Under the pieces are notes generated by a model. That model was not told where the DNA came from, did not search any database, and saw only the letters and a program-made list of their open reading frames with translations. 64,000 nt of DNA, taken from Lama glama. Lineage: Eukaryota. The first letter of the stretch is position 1, and the number at the start of each line of letters is the position of its first letter. Position numbers and translations under genes: made by a program. The DNA is taken from NCBI GenBank assembly GCA_028534125.1, contig JAPYYK010000045.1, positions 248,001 to 312,000 on the forward strand. The letters are read 5' to 3'. Positions 40,271 to 53,464 of this stretch are shown piece after piece.

Positions 40271-41667
40271 GAAATAGAGCAGCTCCATCACCGCCCTCTT
40301 GCAGTTAACCTCCCCCGGCCCCTGCCTAAGGGGAGCTGTTTTAATTAAAGAGAAAGCTTCAAAACCACTGAAGGAACACATTGACTTTTTCACTCCCACT
40401 GAAACGCAACACATAAGGCAATGATGACCAGGAGACTGGGTGTGAGCCACTGCACGCAGCCAAGCACACGCAACGCCTGGCCTCCACTCGCTGCCAGCCT
40501 CTCCCGGTCGGGAAGGCGGGCGCCCCAGGGTCCGCACGTCCTTAACACCTGGCACTGTGCCCGCCCTCCACGAGGTGCTCCAAAGCCATCACTGAACTGA
40601 ACTGAGCCGATGCGTGAAATTCAGGGTCTGAGTTGTTACCGTTTTGCCTTTCATTTCTGAAGTCCGGCCAACAGTGTGTTGGTTCCGTCCTTCACTTTCC
40701 TCATTCCATCCGATCCTCCAACCAACTCCTCTGATACATTTTCTGACCCGTCACAGACACTTTATCAAGTGACAGCCTGGTCTCCCGCAGGAGCTTGTGG
40801 GGAAGTTGTACATACAAAGTACGCTCATTGCAATTTATGGCTTAAAAAAAGCCATAAAGAGACAGTGCCTGAGGGGGTCACAAGGAAGGTGACTTGCATG
40901 GAATCGACAGGGAGGAGGGAGAGGCCTCCTAGAAGACAAGAGGGACGCCATCGCTGGGGGTGGCGCTTTGGGCTGTGAAGCAGGAGAGTGAGCTGCGCAG
41001 ACCGCACACTCTGGCCAGTTAGGAGGGACAGGGACGGGGAGGGGGGCGGTTCTGGCGGAAGCCTGCGGGGAGTGACGAGGGCAGGTCACTTCTTGGTGAG
41101 AAGGAAGTTGTCTGGCTCGATCCCCAAGCTGCTCAGTGCGGTGACACTTACGCAGGACCACTGACAAAGACAAAACAGCTAAAACAACGCTCCTTCTTGC
41201 CTTTTTAGGGTCAGAGGGGAGGAAGTGGTTTTGTTTATTTGTTTATATCCTCTTTCTAACTAGGACTCGAGAACTCTTAAGACACACACACCCCTGGCCA
41301 TATTTGAAACAGATGAAGAAACAAGGGGGAAGGAAATGATGGCCAGTTACAGCCACAGCTTTGCAGGGTCCACGCGAAATTACACAGCTCCGCAGAGGAA
41401 TCTGGGCTGGAAATGGAGACGTGGGAGCCAGTGGAGCAGATGAGACCAGTTCGGGAAGGTCCTAGGGGGAGGGAAGGAGGCAGCCTAGGAGGCCCAAGGT
41501 GCCTGCAGGAGAGAAGGGGCTGAACGGGCACCAAGGAGGGTGTGGGGGCTGTGGAGGGGAACAGAGCACCGGGGCGACCGTGTGTGGAGGGCATGGCTCA
41601 GGAAGGCGGCAGCCACACGACCAAAGGCTGCCAGGAGCAATGCTTTCAAGGCTGCGGCGACACAGGA

Positions 41668-41767
41668 NNNNNNNNNNNNNNNNNNNNNNNNNNNNNNNNN
41701 NNNNNNNNNNNNNNNNNNNNNNNNNNNNNNNNNNNNNNNNNNNNNNNNNNNNNNNNNNNNNNNNNNN
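41668..41767. other. Assembly gap (exactly 100 N)
   Basis: Run of 100 N, the usual placeholder for a scaffold gap of unknown size. Confidence 0.99.
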
Positions 41768-41923
41768 CTCCCCTGTCCCCCTGCCTGTCCCCTCCCCTGT
41801 CCCCCAGCCTATCCCCTCCCCTGTCCCCCAGCCTGTCCCCTCCCCTGTCCCCCTGCCTGTCCCCTCCCCTGTCCCCTCCCCTGTCCCCCTGCCTGTCCCC
41901 TCCCCTGTCCCCTCACCTGTCCT
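41768..41923. repeat. 12-bp minisatellite, about 13 units (CTCCCCTGTCCC / CCTGCCTGTCCC / CCAGCCTGTCCC), truncated by the gap
   Basis: Units read directly from the sequence. The plus strand is C-rich and the minus strand reads GGGACAGGGGAG repeats. Confidence 0.95.
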
Positions 41924-43363
41924 GCACACACGCTTGGGCACCCTGCCGCAGCCCCAGTAACCCGGCTCCTGTGTCGCCGCAGCCTTGAAAGCATTGCTCC
42001 TGGCAGCCTTTGGTCGTGTGGCTGCCGCCTTCCTGAGCCATGCCCTCCACACACGGTCGCCCCGGTGCTCTGTTCCCCTCCACAGCCCCCACACCCTCCT
42101 TGGTGCCCGTTCAGCCCCTTCTCTCCTGCAGGCACCTTGGGCCTCCTAGGCTGCCTCCTTCCCTCCCCCTAGGACCTTCCCGAACTGGTCTCATCTGCTC
42201 CACTGGCTCCCACGTCTCCATTTCCAGCCCAGATTCCTCTGCGGAGCTGTGTAATTTCGCGTGGACCCTGCAAAGCTGTGGCTGTAACTGGCCATCATTT
42301 CCTTCCCCCTTGTTTCTTCATCTGTTTCAAATATGGCCAGGGGTGTGTGTGTCTTAAGAGTTCTCGAGTCCTAGTTAGAAAGAGGATATAAACAAATAAA
42401 CAAAACCACTTCCTCCCCTCTGACCCTAAAAAGGCAAGAAGGAGCGTTGTTTTAGCTGTTTTGTCTTTGTCAGTGGTCCTGCGTAAGTGTCACCGCACTG
42501 AGCAGCTTGGGGATCGAGCCAGACAACTTCCTTCTCACCAAGAAGTGACCTGCCCTCGTCACTCCCCGCAGGCTTCCGCCAGAACCGCCCCCCTCCCCGT
42601 CCCTGTCCCTCCTAACTGGCCAGAGTGTGCGGTCTGCGCAGCTCACTCTCCTGCTTCACAGCCCAAAGCGCCACCCCCAGCGATGGCGTCCCTCTTGTCT
42701 TCTAGGAGGCCTCTCCCTCCTCCCTGTCGATTCCATGCAAGTCACCTTCCTTGTGACCCCCTCAGGCACTGTCTCTTTATGGCTTTTTTTAAGCCATAAA
42801 TTGCAATGAGCGTACTTTGTATGTACAACTTCCCCACAAGCTCCTGCGGGAGACCAGGCTGTCACTTGATAAAGTGTCTGTGACGGGTCAGAAAATGTAT
42901 CAGAGGAGTTGGTTGGAGGATCGGATGGAATGAGGAAAGTGAAGGACGGAACCAACACACTGTTGGCCGGACTTCAGAAATGAAAGGCAAAACGGTAACA
43001 ACTCAGACCCTGAATTTCACGCATCGGCTCAGTTCAGTTCAGTGATGGCTTTGGAGCACCTCGTGGAGGGCGGGCACAGTGCCAGGTGTTAAGGACGTGC
43101 GGACCCTGGGGCGCCCGCCTTCCCGACCGGGAGAGGCTGGCAGCGAGTGGAGGCCAGGCGTTGCGTGTGCTTGGCTGCGTGCAGTGGCTCACACCCAGTC
43201 TCCTGGTCATCATTGCCTTATGTGTTGCGTTTCAGTGGGAGTGAAAAAGTCAATGTGTTCCTTCAGTGGTTTTGAAGCTTTCTCTTTAATTAAAACAGCT
43301 CCCCTTAGGCAGGGGCCGGGGGAGGTTAACTGCAAGAGGGCGGTGATGGAGCTGCTCTATTTC

Positions 43364-43480
43364 TTTGGGGGGTGATTAAATTTACTTATGTGTTTATTTT
43401 AGAGGAGGTACCGGGAATTGAACCCAGGACAGTGTGCATGCTAGGCACGTGCTCTACCGCTTGAGCGACACCCTCCCCCC
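43364..43480 (-). mobile_element. Vic-1-like SINE, mirror copy
   Basis: Reverse complement of 40154-40270. Confidence 0.83.
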
Positions 43481-46400
43481 GAGCTGTTCTGTTTCTTGAT
43501 TGTGACACACTTACCAGAACTCTTAGACTTGTATATAGTTCAGGGCACATTTTGCTGTATGTGAATTACTCCTCAGGAAGCCTAACTTTTAAAAGTGCCG
43601 CTGAGCCTTCAAGGAGTTGGACTCTGCAGCATGGGGGTGGCTCAAGGAGACACTGTTCACACTTACTTTCCCCTGAAGGTAACTGGCTGGGTCCTGCAGG
43701 TTCTTCTCTTCTGAACCTGAGCTTCAGAAACGTCCAGAAATCCCCAAAAGTGCTGGCAAAATTTCCTTATGTATAAATAGTTTTCTTTTTCCTGGGAGGA
43801 AATGACATTTTGGGTCTGGTTGTTGAAAACAGGCTAGTGTTGAATAAGGTTAAAAACCAGGGTTAGGGGCTCCTCCTGCTCGCAGGGCCCTTCTCCCCGA
43901 GGGAGGCCGGTTACAGCCGCTGGAGCCCCGTTCCAGGCGGGCGCAGCCAAGGGGTCTGAGTCCATGGCGTTTATCACATTTTCTATGGCACGTAAATCTC
44001 AGGCAGGAAATAAGGGTGATGCGCACGCTCACCGCCAGCAGCGTCCCTGCAGTGTCTCTGTGTCATAGTTGCCTTGAGATCAAACCGTGCACAGTCTTTC
44101 CTTTTAGAATATTATTACTACTGCCAACAGCCAGTGTATCCATCCTGCAGCTGTGTCACGTCCCAGCACTTGCTGTGCTGGCTTCACCCTTTCAAGTAAA
44201 ACATGAGAGACGTAGTTTATGCTGGTGTCTCCAGCCTCACCCCCAACCCCTCCCCAGAGGTGGCCTCCGTCCTGAACTTGTGCGCATCGCTCGAGACTGT
44301 TGGTTGTCACTGCTTCGTGTGTGGACACGCACACCGCCCCGTGTGATAAGTGATGCTCTGATGGTCTGCGTGGACCGTCTCACTGTCTACACGGCCATCC
44401 CAAGCCCACGTTCTCACGGGGACGCTCGCTCGAGGCCCTCGTGTGCTGTGCCCCGCAGTTTGGTTTCGGTTTTTACCTGCTCGTGGACACTCGGGTCATT
44501 TCCCTTTTCCCTCTAGTATTAACGGTGCTGCTGTGCATTCTCACTCCTGTTTCCTTGTGCAAATGAGCGAGTTTCTCGAGGGTGTTTGTTTCCCAGTGGA
44601 CGCTGAGGCTGTCGGGCGTGGGGACAAGCGCACACTTACTGGGGACCCCGGCCCCCTGCAGCAGGCGGGTCTCCAGCTCTTTGTGGCCCACGTTGTGCTT
44701 AGAGATGCCAGTGCTTTTTGTTTTTGCAGACCTTGGGAAGATGGAGTGGTTTCTCCTCGTTTTTACTTGCATTTCATGACGACGAGTGACACTGACTCTT
44801 TCCTCCCGTGCTTGTAGGCTTTCTGGCTTTCCTGTGTTTGTGAATTCCTTGGTTGTACGCTTTGTTGACTGTGTTTTCCTGTTGGGTTTGGCGGGTGTTT
44901 TTGGTTGGTGTAAGTTCTTGGTACAGTCTAGATACTAACATTTGGCAGGTGACGCGTCTGTGGTGGTCTCCAGGGTGTCTTACAGCGTCCGGGTCGTGCT
45001 CTGTCGTGTGGGTGTTCTATAAGCTGTCTGACTGCTGTCCCTGTTTGTTTGAGAGCTGGGTTATTTCCGTGAATAGTTTGTGTGTTGACTTTCCTGGATT
45101 TTCTTGTTTAAAAGAGGTCAGTGGTGCTTTGACTCGGACCTGATGTGTGTCATAATCAGCGATGAGTGTTTGGCACAGTTGCCCGGCTGGAGGCACGCGG
45201 CCGGGGTGTGAAGTAAAGCACCCCTGTGTGGGGGCTTGAATCTGCCGTTCTGGATCCAAAGCGCTCGCGCTGAACCTGCATAACTGTAGAGCCACCTGCG
45301 CGAGTCGAGTCTCGTCGCCTGGAATGTGTTCCGCGGGACGGCGTTCAGAAGCACAGCGCGCGGGACAACAGGCGCCGTCCTCAGGCCGGCGGAGAACCCG
45401 GGCTCGCCGTGTCTGCACAGCGTCGACAGGGAGTTCTCCGAGCCGTGGTTCGGTGCCGTGTGGCTTGGAGTCTGGAGCAGGGAGCCGCAGGGCCTAGACA
45501 GTGTGTCTTCTGGGCTCTGTGGGCCGCACGGTTTCCGGCCCGGCCGCCTCGCCCCAGCCCCTCCGGTGCTCCGGCAGGCTCATGGGACAGCCCTGCAAAG
45601 TCGAGGATCCACCATGTGGCCCTTTACTGCGGACCTGGCGCTGTTAAAATCTTGGGCCAAACGATTCTTTGTGCCTGTGGAGAATTGCTGGTCCAGAGGG
45701 GCAGAAAATGCATGGCTTAGTGGGGAGACCCGCCGCCCTCTGCGTCATCCTGGTTAGCAGAGCTGTAGCTTTGGTTCCTTGCTTGAACTTCGGCTCTGGT
45801 CTCAGTGTTGAATTAGAGAGGGTGGCCTGGCATGTGAGACTAGAACACAGGTAGATGGTAGTCAGGTCACACCCCAGTGCGTGCACATACTCGGCCCAGG
45901 TCTTCCTGACCTGAACTCAGCACACCAGACTGAGCAGGGCTGTTTCTCCTCTGTGTCAGGTCTGAGGTCTGTCCCTGTGTCTGTCTGTCTGCCGTGTGTT
46001 TCCCTTTCCCGTCTCTTCTCCTATGTTGACAGTTGCTGGTCGGCTACGCCCGGCTTCCAGCAGGGCGTTGTTCACAGCTCCCTGGGATGGAGGCAGCAGG
46101 GGGACAGCCGCGGGCTGGTGGGGTGTCCTCCTTCCCTGCTGCAAGCGGGGAGGAGGATTGGTGGTTGGTACAGGGTGTGAAATACGCAGCTAATGGCACG
46201 TATTTTGGGAACTGGTAGCCCCAAGATTTGGCCTTCCCCTCCTTCTCAGCAGCAGCTTCTTAGCAGATTACAGGCTTTGCCTCTGCTTGTGGGACAGTTT
46301 CCCAGGAGGCCGGGTTTTCAGCCTGCCGTCTTCCCAGCCACCACTTACCTGCCTCGCTGTTCATCTCCAGAGGCCTTTGACCGTCATCTTGCCCTGCAGG

Positions 46401-48772
46401 CCAGCGCAGGGAGGTAACGGAGGGGAGGCAGGGTGGCGGGGGAGGCACGTGGGCCTGCGGAGGCTGCGGCGGGGAGCAGCTCTGCAGGCGCCTGATGTGA
46501 GTCTGGAAGTGGGTCCCTGCCCTTCCACTGCAGCACAGGCACCATGTCAGAAGTGCGGCTCCAAAGACAGTGCTTCCGAGAAGCATAGGGAAGATGAGGC
46601 TTCACCTGTGAGGGCAGTGAGACTGATAGCTTTTAAACGGAGCTGGCCGGCGATCTGGGTCTGTCCGGTCCCCATCACATGAGCAGGGCCTGGGAGTGGT
46701 GCCTCTGACCTGGACTCTGGGGCTGGCCCAGCTGTGCTGCCTGGCGCGGGAGCTGGTAGCCACATGTGGCTGCTTCGATTTAAATGAAGGTTCAGTGAAC
46801 TTAAGAGTTAGTTCCTCCAGCACACCAGCCGTGTCTTGAGTCTCGCGGGCCACGTGTGAGTATACTGGGCTGCGTGGGCAGCTCCGCGTCACCACCAGGG
46901 TGCTGCTGGCCGTGTTGAAGAGGTGACCTGTGAACACAGGGGACTGAGTGTCTGACCAGGACCAGTGAGTAGGCGGCTGGGGGCACAGACCTAGAGGCCG
47001 TTTGTCCGGAGCCTGCATGAGTACGGATTTACTGTGGTGTAAAGTTAGATGGGCGCTTGAACACTGCAGACTCGGCCCTCATTGTGGAAGTGAAGACATT
47101 ATGGTCCCAGAAGTTAAATGATTCTCTTGTCACAAAAGCAGTTAGTGGCACAGTGGACACCAGACCCAAGTGCGCGTCCTTCCCACTGAGCCTCAGCCCG
47201 AGCGCCCCTTCCAGTTAGAGCTGGCAAGGAGACCCCGCCCCGGAGCCTGCCCGGCCCCCGCTCAGCATGGCTTTGGTCACGTGGACGATAAGCCCCGAGG
47301 CGTGATTCCAGGAGCGAGTAGTGTTGGTTGTGGAGGACGTGGAGAACATCAGGGGATGCTAGAAGTTTCCTATGAGACGTCTTTACCCGCGGCTCCTGAT
47401 ATCACTAGATTTGAGGCAAGAAACGTGTTGCTCCGGACAAGGTGGTGGTGGGAGATTAGGCTGTGTCATGGAGAGGGTAAGAGGCTGCAGGGGTGGCAGG
47501 AGCCCAGGTCACAGCCCCTCTGGGTCTGGCCCAGCTGCACCATGACCTGGGTGCACGTGACTCTTAGGCCTTTCAGCTCGTCTGTAAGGTAGGAGTAATT
47601 TTACTGCCTCAAATCTTGAAATCAGATCCAGCGCCTTCTTGAAGTCATAAGGTCTTTGGCCTATGGCTCTCACTCATGCCCTCCCCTGTGGCTGTCCACG
47701 TGTGCTTCTAGGCTGGCGTTAAAGTTCCTTCTGGCATCACTGAAACACACCACTCTGCATGTGTATCCTCACACGCAGGACGTCGTCCCCAGAATGGCGG
47801 TCGGCTCGTCTGTGGTGATGGCCCCGGCGCCCCAAGCGCCACGACACACAGGCCCAGCTTAGTCCCCCTGCCTGGAGTTGAGGCCCCCTCCGCCCTTCTG
47901 TGTGGATGTTAGGGGTGGGAGCCCCAGTTCACTGCTGGTGGGCGCAAGGTGAGCGTTTTACCCTCTCAGCGCTCGGGGGAGCAGCCTCGTTCTCTCCGTG
48001 GGCGTTTCTCTCTTCTTTGCCATGTTTTATTTACTCAGCCCTTTGGACCTGCATGGAGAGTATTTTCAAAGGCGTCAAGACCTCCTCCAAGTGAATTATC
48101 CACCTGCAGGAAAGTAACTTAGGGCAACTCCTGTTAGACGGGGTGTTGGACTCTTTCCTGCGTTACCAGTGCGAGCTGTTGGCGGGGTGAGCATCGCGGG
48201 AGCACGGTGTCGCCACCCGAGAGCTCACGGGTGCCATGTGGGTTTTCATTCAGTCTTCACGAGAATCCTCCCACCGTCTGCTGACACCTGCTACAGCTGA
48301 TAGTGTCAGCACTGTATGCGACCCACGGGGTATTCCACCCAAGGTCATCGGCGGGAAGTGGAGGGGCAGGGCTGTAACGTCTGTGATTATCTGAAAAGGC
48401 CCTTCCAACTGCACATCCTGCACGGCAATACATTACAGCATATTGAAAGCAGAAGCAGATGTGAAAATCCAGCTGGCCTCTGTTAGGCCAGCATTAAAGT
48501 AATTTACAAAAATGTAAAATAATGACACTCTTACTAAATTTTTTATTTTGCAAAATTTAATTATTTTCCACAAAAGGTAAGTTATTGATAGTAACGTTAT
48601 AGGGCTGTCATTTTAAGATGAATCGGTAAATGCATATTGTTTAGTTTCCCAGTTTTAATGCCTAGTAGGGTGGATAGTGATAGATGCACCTCACGAGCAG
48701 CTGTTTGGGGTCCTCGGTAAAGGGTGAAGTGTAGAAGGGCCCTCAGAGCAAAAGCATCTGAGAACCGTGCTG

Positions 48773-51037
48773 CAGGTAATTGTAGCGACTTCGCTTTGCT
48801 GAGCTTCACAGACACTGTGTTTTCACAAATTGAAGGTTTGTAGCAGCCCTGCATCCAGTAAGTCTGTCCTCTCCTTTTCCCAGCAGCCTTTGCTCACTTC
48901 ATGTCTCTGTCACGTTTTGGCATTTCTCGCAATATTCCAGACTTCTTCATTGTGACCGTATCTGTTATGGTGGTCTGTGATCAGTGTTCTTTGATGTTAC
49001 TGCTGTAAATGTTTCGCGGTGCCATGAACCGCACCCATGTGAGACCACACACTTAGTAAATGTGCATGTCTGACCACCCCACCGACCAGCCATTCCGTCT
49101 CCTCCTGCCCGGGCCTCCCTGTTCCCGGGGACATGACAACACTGAAGTGAGGCCAGCTGATAACCCACAGTGGCCTCTGAGTGCTCAAGTGAAAGGAAGA
49201 GTCACACGTCCACAGCTTGAGGTCAAAAGCTAGAAATGAGGAAGTTCGGTGAGGAAGGCACATCAAAGCCAAGATACGCCAGAAGCTGGCATCTCGAGCC
49301 AGTTAGCCATGTCGTGAATGCAAAGAAAAACTTCTTAAAGGGAATTTTAAGTGCTACTTCAGTGAACACGCGAATGATAAGAAAGTGGAACAGCCTTATT
49401 GCTGGTGCGGAGAAAGTTTCAGTGTCTGGGTAGAAAATTAAGCCAGCCACAGCATCCCCTAGTTAAAGCCTCATCCAGAGCCAGGCCCCACCTCAGCCCC
49501 AGGACAGCCGGGAGGAGAGTGTGAAGTCGGCAGAGGCTGGTTCACGAGGCTGAAGGGGGTCACCGTCTCCAGAACATCAGGGCAGGTGGGCCAGCCAGTG
49601 TTGTTGGAGACACGGTGGCAGGTTCCCCAGAAGATCCAGCCAGGTTCGCGCACAAAGGCGGCCACGCTGTGCAGCAGATTTCAGCGTAGGCGGACAGCCT
49701 TCTGTGGGCAGAAGACGACGTCAGGACTTCCACAGCCAGGGGGAGGCGTGAACGCTGGCCCAGGGCCTCCCAGGACAGACTGATGCGTCGGGCTGGTGCG
49801 GCGGGGTACTCTCATGTGGAGCCAGGGTTTGTTTGCCACCTGAAGTCGCAGGGCCCTCGAGAGTGATGCCAGGTCTGCTCTGCCTGTGCCCTAAACGCGT
49901 ACCAGCAGGCCCGGGTGACAGTACATCTGCCTGCAGCACGGTTTACAGCCCAATGAGAGACCTTCTGCTCAGAAAAAAGTCTCCTCTCAAAACGTTGCTG
50001 CTCACTGACAGGGCACCTGGCAGCCTCGAGCCCCGGTGCAGCCCGAGGTGTGGCTGAGGTCCACGCTGTGTCCGCACCGGCTGCCGCTGCACGCCCCAGT
50101 CTGTGCTCAGGGCATCATTTCAACTCTCCGGTCTTATTATTTAAGAAATACGTGTTGTCAGGCTGCAGCCGCCAGAGACGATGATCCTCGATGGCGAAGG
50201 CCGCTGAAAGCCTTCTGGAAGGACTCAGCATTCCGGATGCACGAAGAACACTTGTGGTTTGTGGGGAGAGGTCAGAATGTCAGCCTTAACAGGGTCTGGA
50301 GGAAGTTGGTTCCAACCCTCATGGACGGCTTGGAGGGTTCGATGTCACCGCAGCTGCGGTGGAGACAGCAAGAGAACGGGAGTGAGACGTGGAGCCTGAA
50401 GACGGGGCTGGACTGCTGCCACCTCGGGCTGAACTGGCACAGAGGAGGAGCTGCTTCCTGTGGGTGAGCAGAGAAGGTGGCTTCTCGAGACGGCATCTGC
50501 TCCCGGTGAAGATGCTGTGAAGACTGCTGGGAGGACAACAAGCGATCTAGAACCTCCCACAAACTTAGTTGCAAAGACAGCAGCCCCAGGGCTTGGGAGG
50601 ATGGGCTCCAGTTTTGAGAGAGGTTCTACTGCGGGGAAAATGCTGTCAGACAGCACGGACGCTAGAGAAATCGTTTGTGAAAGGAAGAGTCATCAGTGCA
50701 GCCAACTTCACTGCTTTCTTGAGGAACTTCCACAGCCGGCCCCGTCACCCCTTCAGCAGCCGCTTCCCTGATCAGTCAGCAGCGTCCAGGTCGAGACGAG
50801 ACCCTCCACCAGCACAAAGATCATGCCTCGTTGAGGGCTCAGGCAATGGTTAACATTTTTTAGCAATAAAGTATATGAAAGTATGAACATTGTCTTTTAG
50901 GCATAATGCTATTGCACACTTAGTAGACTACAGTAGAGTATAAACATAACCTTTATGCACACCAGGAAGCCAGAAATGTCATGTGACTCACTTTACTGCA
51001 ACATCCACTTTATTGCGGTGGCCCTGAGATATACTTG
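48773..51037 (+). mobile_element. Tigger1, mirror copy
   Basis: Begins CAGGTAAT...CTTCGCTTT...TTTCACAAATTGAAGGTTTG (Tigger1 5' end); transposase fragments at 49236, 50036 and 50460. Confidence 0.9.
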
Positions 51038-52042
51038 TATTAAGATGACAATTAAAATATAAGGATAGGAGTAATTTTGTGCCACTAAATGTGAAAATAT
51101 AGATAAAATTCCTTGAAAAACAAATGTTACCAAAACAGGAAATCTGAATAGGCCTAATTCTATTAGAGAAACTGAGTCTCTTATTTAAAACCTTCCTATG
51201 GAGAGCACTGACCCCGGGCCTCACTGGTGAGCTCTTCCGATGACTTAGGGAGGAGAGGACCCCCACCTCACACGGCTGCTCCCAGAGAGCGCGCCAGGAG
51301 AAAACGCCTCCCTGCCCGTGTAACTGGTTCTCCGACCAGCCGGGTTACCGCGAGAAGGGGGGCTTACAGGACGACTGCCGCGTGAGCACGGATTGAGAAA
51401 TGATAACGTGAATCATACTGAACCTCTGTGAAAAGCAAGCCTGTATGAAAAGGTGATACATCATGGCCAGGCTGAGCTTATCCCAAGAATTCAGTGCTGT
51501 TTTATCATTCACAGGTGGTTCAGTGTGATTCATCACATTAACGGAAGAAAGAAGGGAATGACCCGTCTCAGTATATGTGGAAGGAAAGCGTGTGGTAAAG
51601 GTCACACACTAACGATTTGAAACCAGACCGGTAACAGCAGCGCCTCAGTCCACTTTCTTAGGGATGGGAAGGAGTTGCTTCAGTTTGAGGAGCAGGGGGG
51701 CTTCCCGGGGATGATGTGCCGACCACGCGCTCTGCGGGCAGGAGCGGAGCCGGGAAGCCTGCCGTCCTCAGTCCCTTTCCACACGTCCGAGGCCCTGGCC
51801 AGAGCAGTAAGACAAGGAAAGAAAAAGCGCGAGGATGGGACGGGGGAAAGGAAGTTCTCACTTCACAGGTGGAAGTGATGTGATGCTGCGTGACAGGTTA
51901 CAGAGTGCGCCGTGGATTCTGTGACCCTCACTGCAGCCCCGGTCAGGTTGACTGCCCGCTTCATCCTCGAGCGCGAGTCACCTCTCGGCCCTCAGGCACG
52001 TGCAGCAGTCCCACTCCTGCTTCCCCTTCTCTGTCTCTGCAG

Positions 52043-52133
52043 GTCGTACCTGACTCCTGTAAGGGATGAAGAAGCCGAGTCCTTGCGGAAAGCACGCTCC
52101 CGACAGGCGCGGCAGACACGGAGGTCTACTCAG
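52043..52133 (+). CDS. PPP1R12B: PPP1R12B exon 14 (right copy)
   Basis: ctctgcag|GTCGTACCTG...TCTACTCAG|gtgagc; mirror of 31501-31591. Confidence 0.95.
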
Positions 52134-53464
52134 GTGAGCGTGGCCCTGCTTGAAGGCCACTTGTCTGTGTGCCACTGGATCCGATTAGAAAACGATGAAA
52201 CGAGTGCCCCAGTCCGGCCGCTGCAGTGCAGCTCTCGGCCGCGCTGGCAGACGCTGCACGCCACACAGGGCCAGGTGAACTCTCACTTCTGCTCCTCCTG
52301 GCTCGGAGAAGGCTTACTGCCTTTCCTCCCTAAGACTCATCATTCCACTTGTGCTTAAGGGGCCAACCCTAAGAATTCCTGAAGGAGACCCGTCTGGCAG
52401 TAACTCAGAATGTTAAACGTAGAGTTGCCGTGTGACCCTACTCAAGTCAGAGAAGCACACGTCTGTACAAAGACATGCACACAGATGTTTATAACAGTAT
52501 TATTCACAAACTGAGTGTCATCTCTTGCCAGCGTTGACTTGCTGTGTAGACCAAACTTAGGTGTGGAGTTTGCAGGCTTGCTGGAGCAGCGAGGTGGGCA
52601 TCGTGGGGCTGGTGGAGGGCCAGGCCAGGCCGTGGAGCAGAGCAAATAAATTAAGCAGTTAACAGAAAACCCCACAAACTTCCACTGATTAATGAATGGA
52701 CAAACAAAACGTCCCATGTCCACCGGCAGTTACTGTTTTGCAGTAAGACGGGAGTCCCACACACGCCAGCGCTGCAGTGAGGACAAGCCGCTGAGTGGCA
52801 GAGACCTGGCTGCTCCGTTTGTATGAAAACGCCCGGAGACAGCGGGTGGATTAGGGTTTGCGAGGCTGGAGGTGGGGACTGGCTGCGCGAGGGTGTGTGG
52901 TCTCTCTCTGGGGAGATGAAATGTCCTGAGGTGAGGTGGGGCTGTGAAGACACTAAAATACAGCGCATTGTACACTTTCAAAGTGTGGGGTTTATGATAC
53001 GTGGGTTATATTTCAATAATGCTACTAGAAAAAGAAATGATCCCCATGGGAGGCTCTGAAGTAAGAAGTCATCCGATACACTTTGTAAAAGTCACAGGCA
53101 GAGAACAGATGGGCGTGGTCAGAGGGGGTGTGTTCCGTGTGTCGTTGGGGGGTGGGGGGCAGGCTGCTGGATGGTGGTGGGGAACGGAGGAGGGTGAGCT
53201 GCAGGAGAAGCTGTTGAGGAGGGAGGCAGGGAGGGGTGAGGAGGGCCCGGACGCACACGGAGGGCTGAGAAGCCCGCCGCTGCCATGGAGAGGTGAAGTC
53301 CCATGGCCTTCGGTGCAGCAGGGGCCAGGCAGGAACACCGAATGGCCCTGTGTGTTTGGGGGGCTTTATTGGAATTTGCTGCTGTCAGATCTTTTCGAGT
53401 AACTCTTGCTCATTCATCGAGTTCTTCCCGGAGTGAAACTCCTGACCTTGTGACACTTTCCCAG

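Larger units (their letters stand above)
19634..41667. repeat. Left arm of a >=22 kb inverted duplication
   Basis: Each ORF from 20234 onward has an identical translation on the opposite strand at 83634-x (20234..20647+ = 62987..63400-; 31276..31722- = 51912..52358+). The arm ends at ...GCGGCGACACAGGA (41667), directly before the N gap. The outer limit is set only by the window end. Confidence 0.98.

Noticed and set aside
41768-41923. CRISPR-like array or telomeric repeat
   Set aside because: No unique spacers, not TTAGGG, and a eukaryotic context; it is a simple minisatellite.
41462-42172. ORFs spanning the centre with GEGTG / PCPPA repeats
   Set aside because: Artefacts of translating through Ns and the minisatellite.
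49236-50853. TIGD1 gene or active transposase
   Set aside because: Fragments lie in different frames with many stops and frameshifts; this is a decayed Tigger1 copy.
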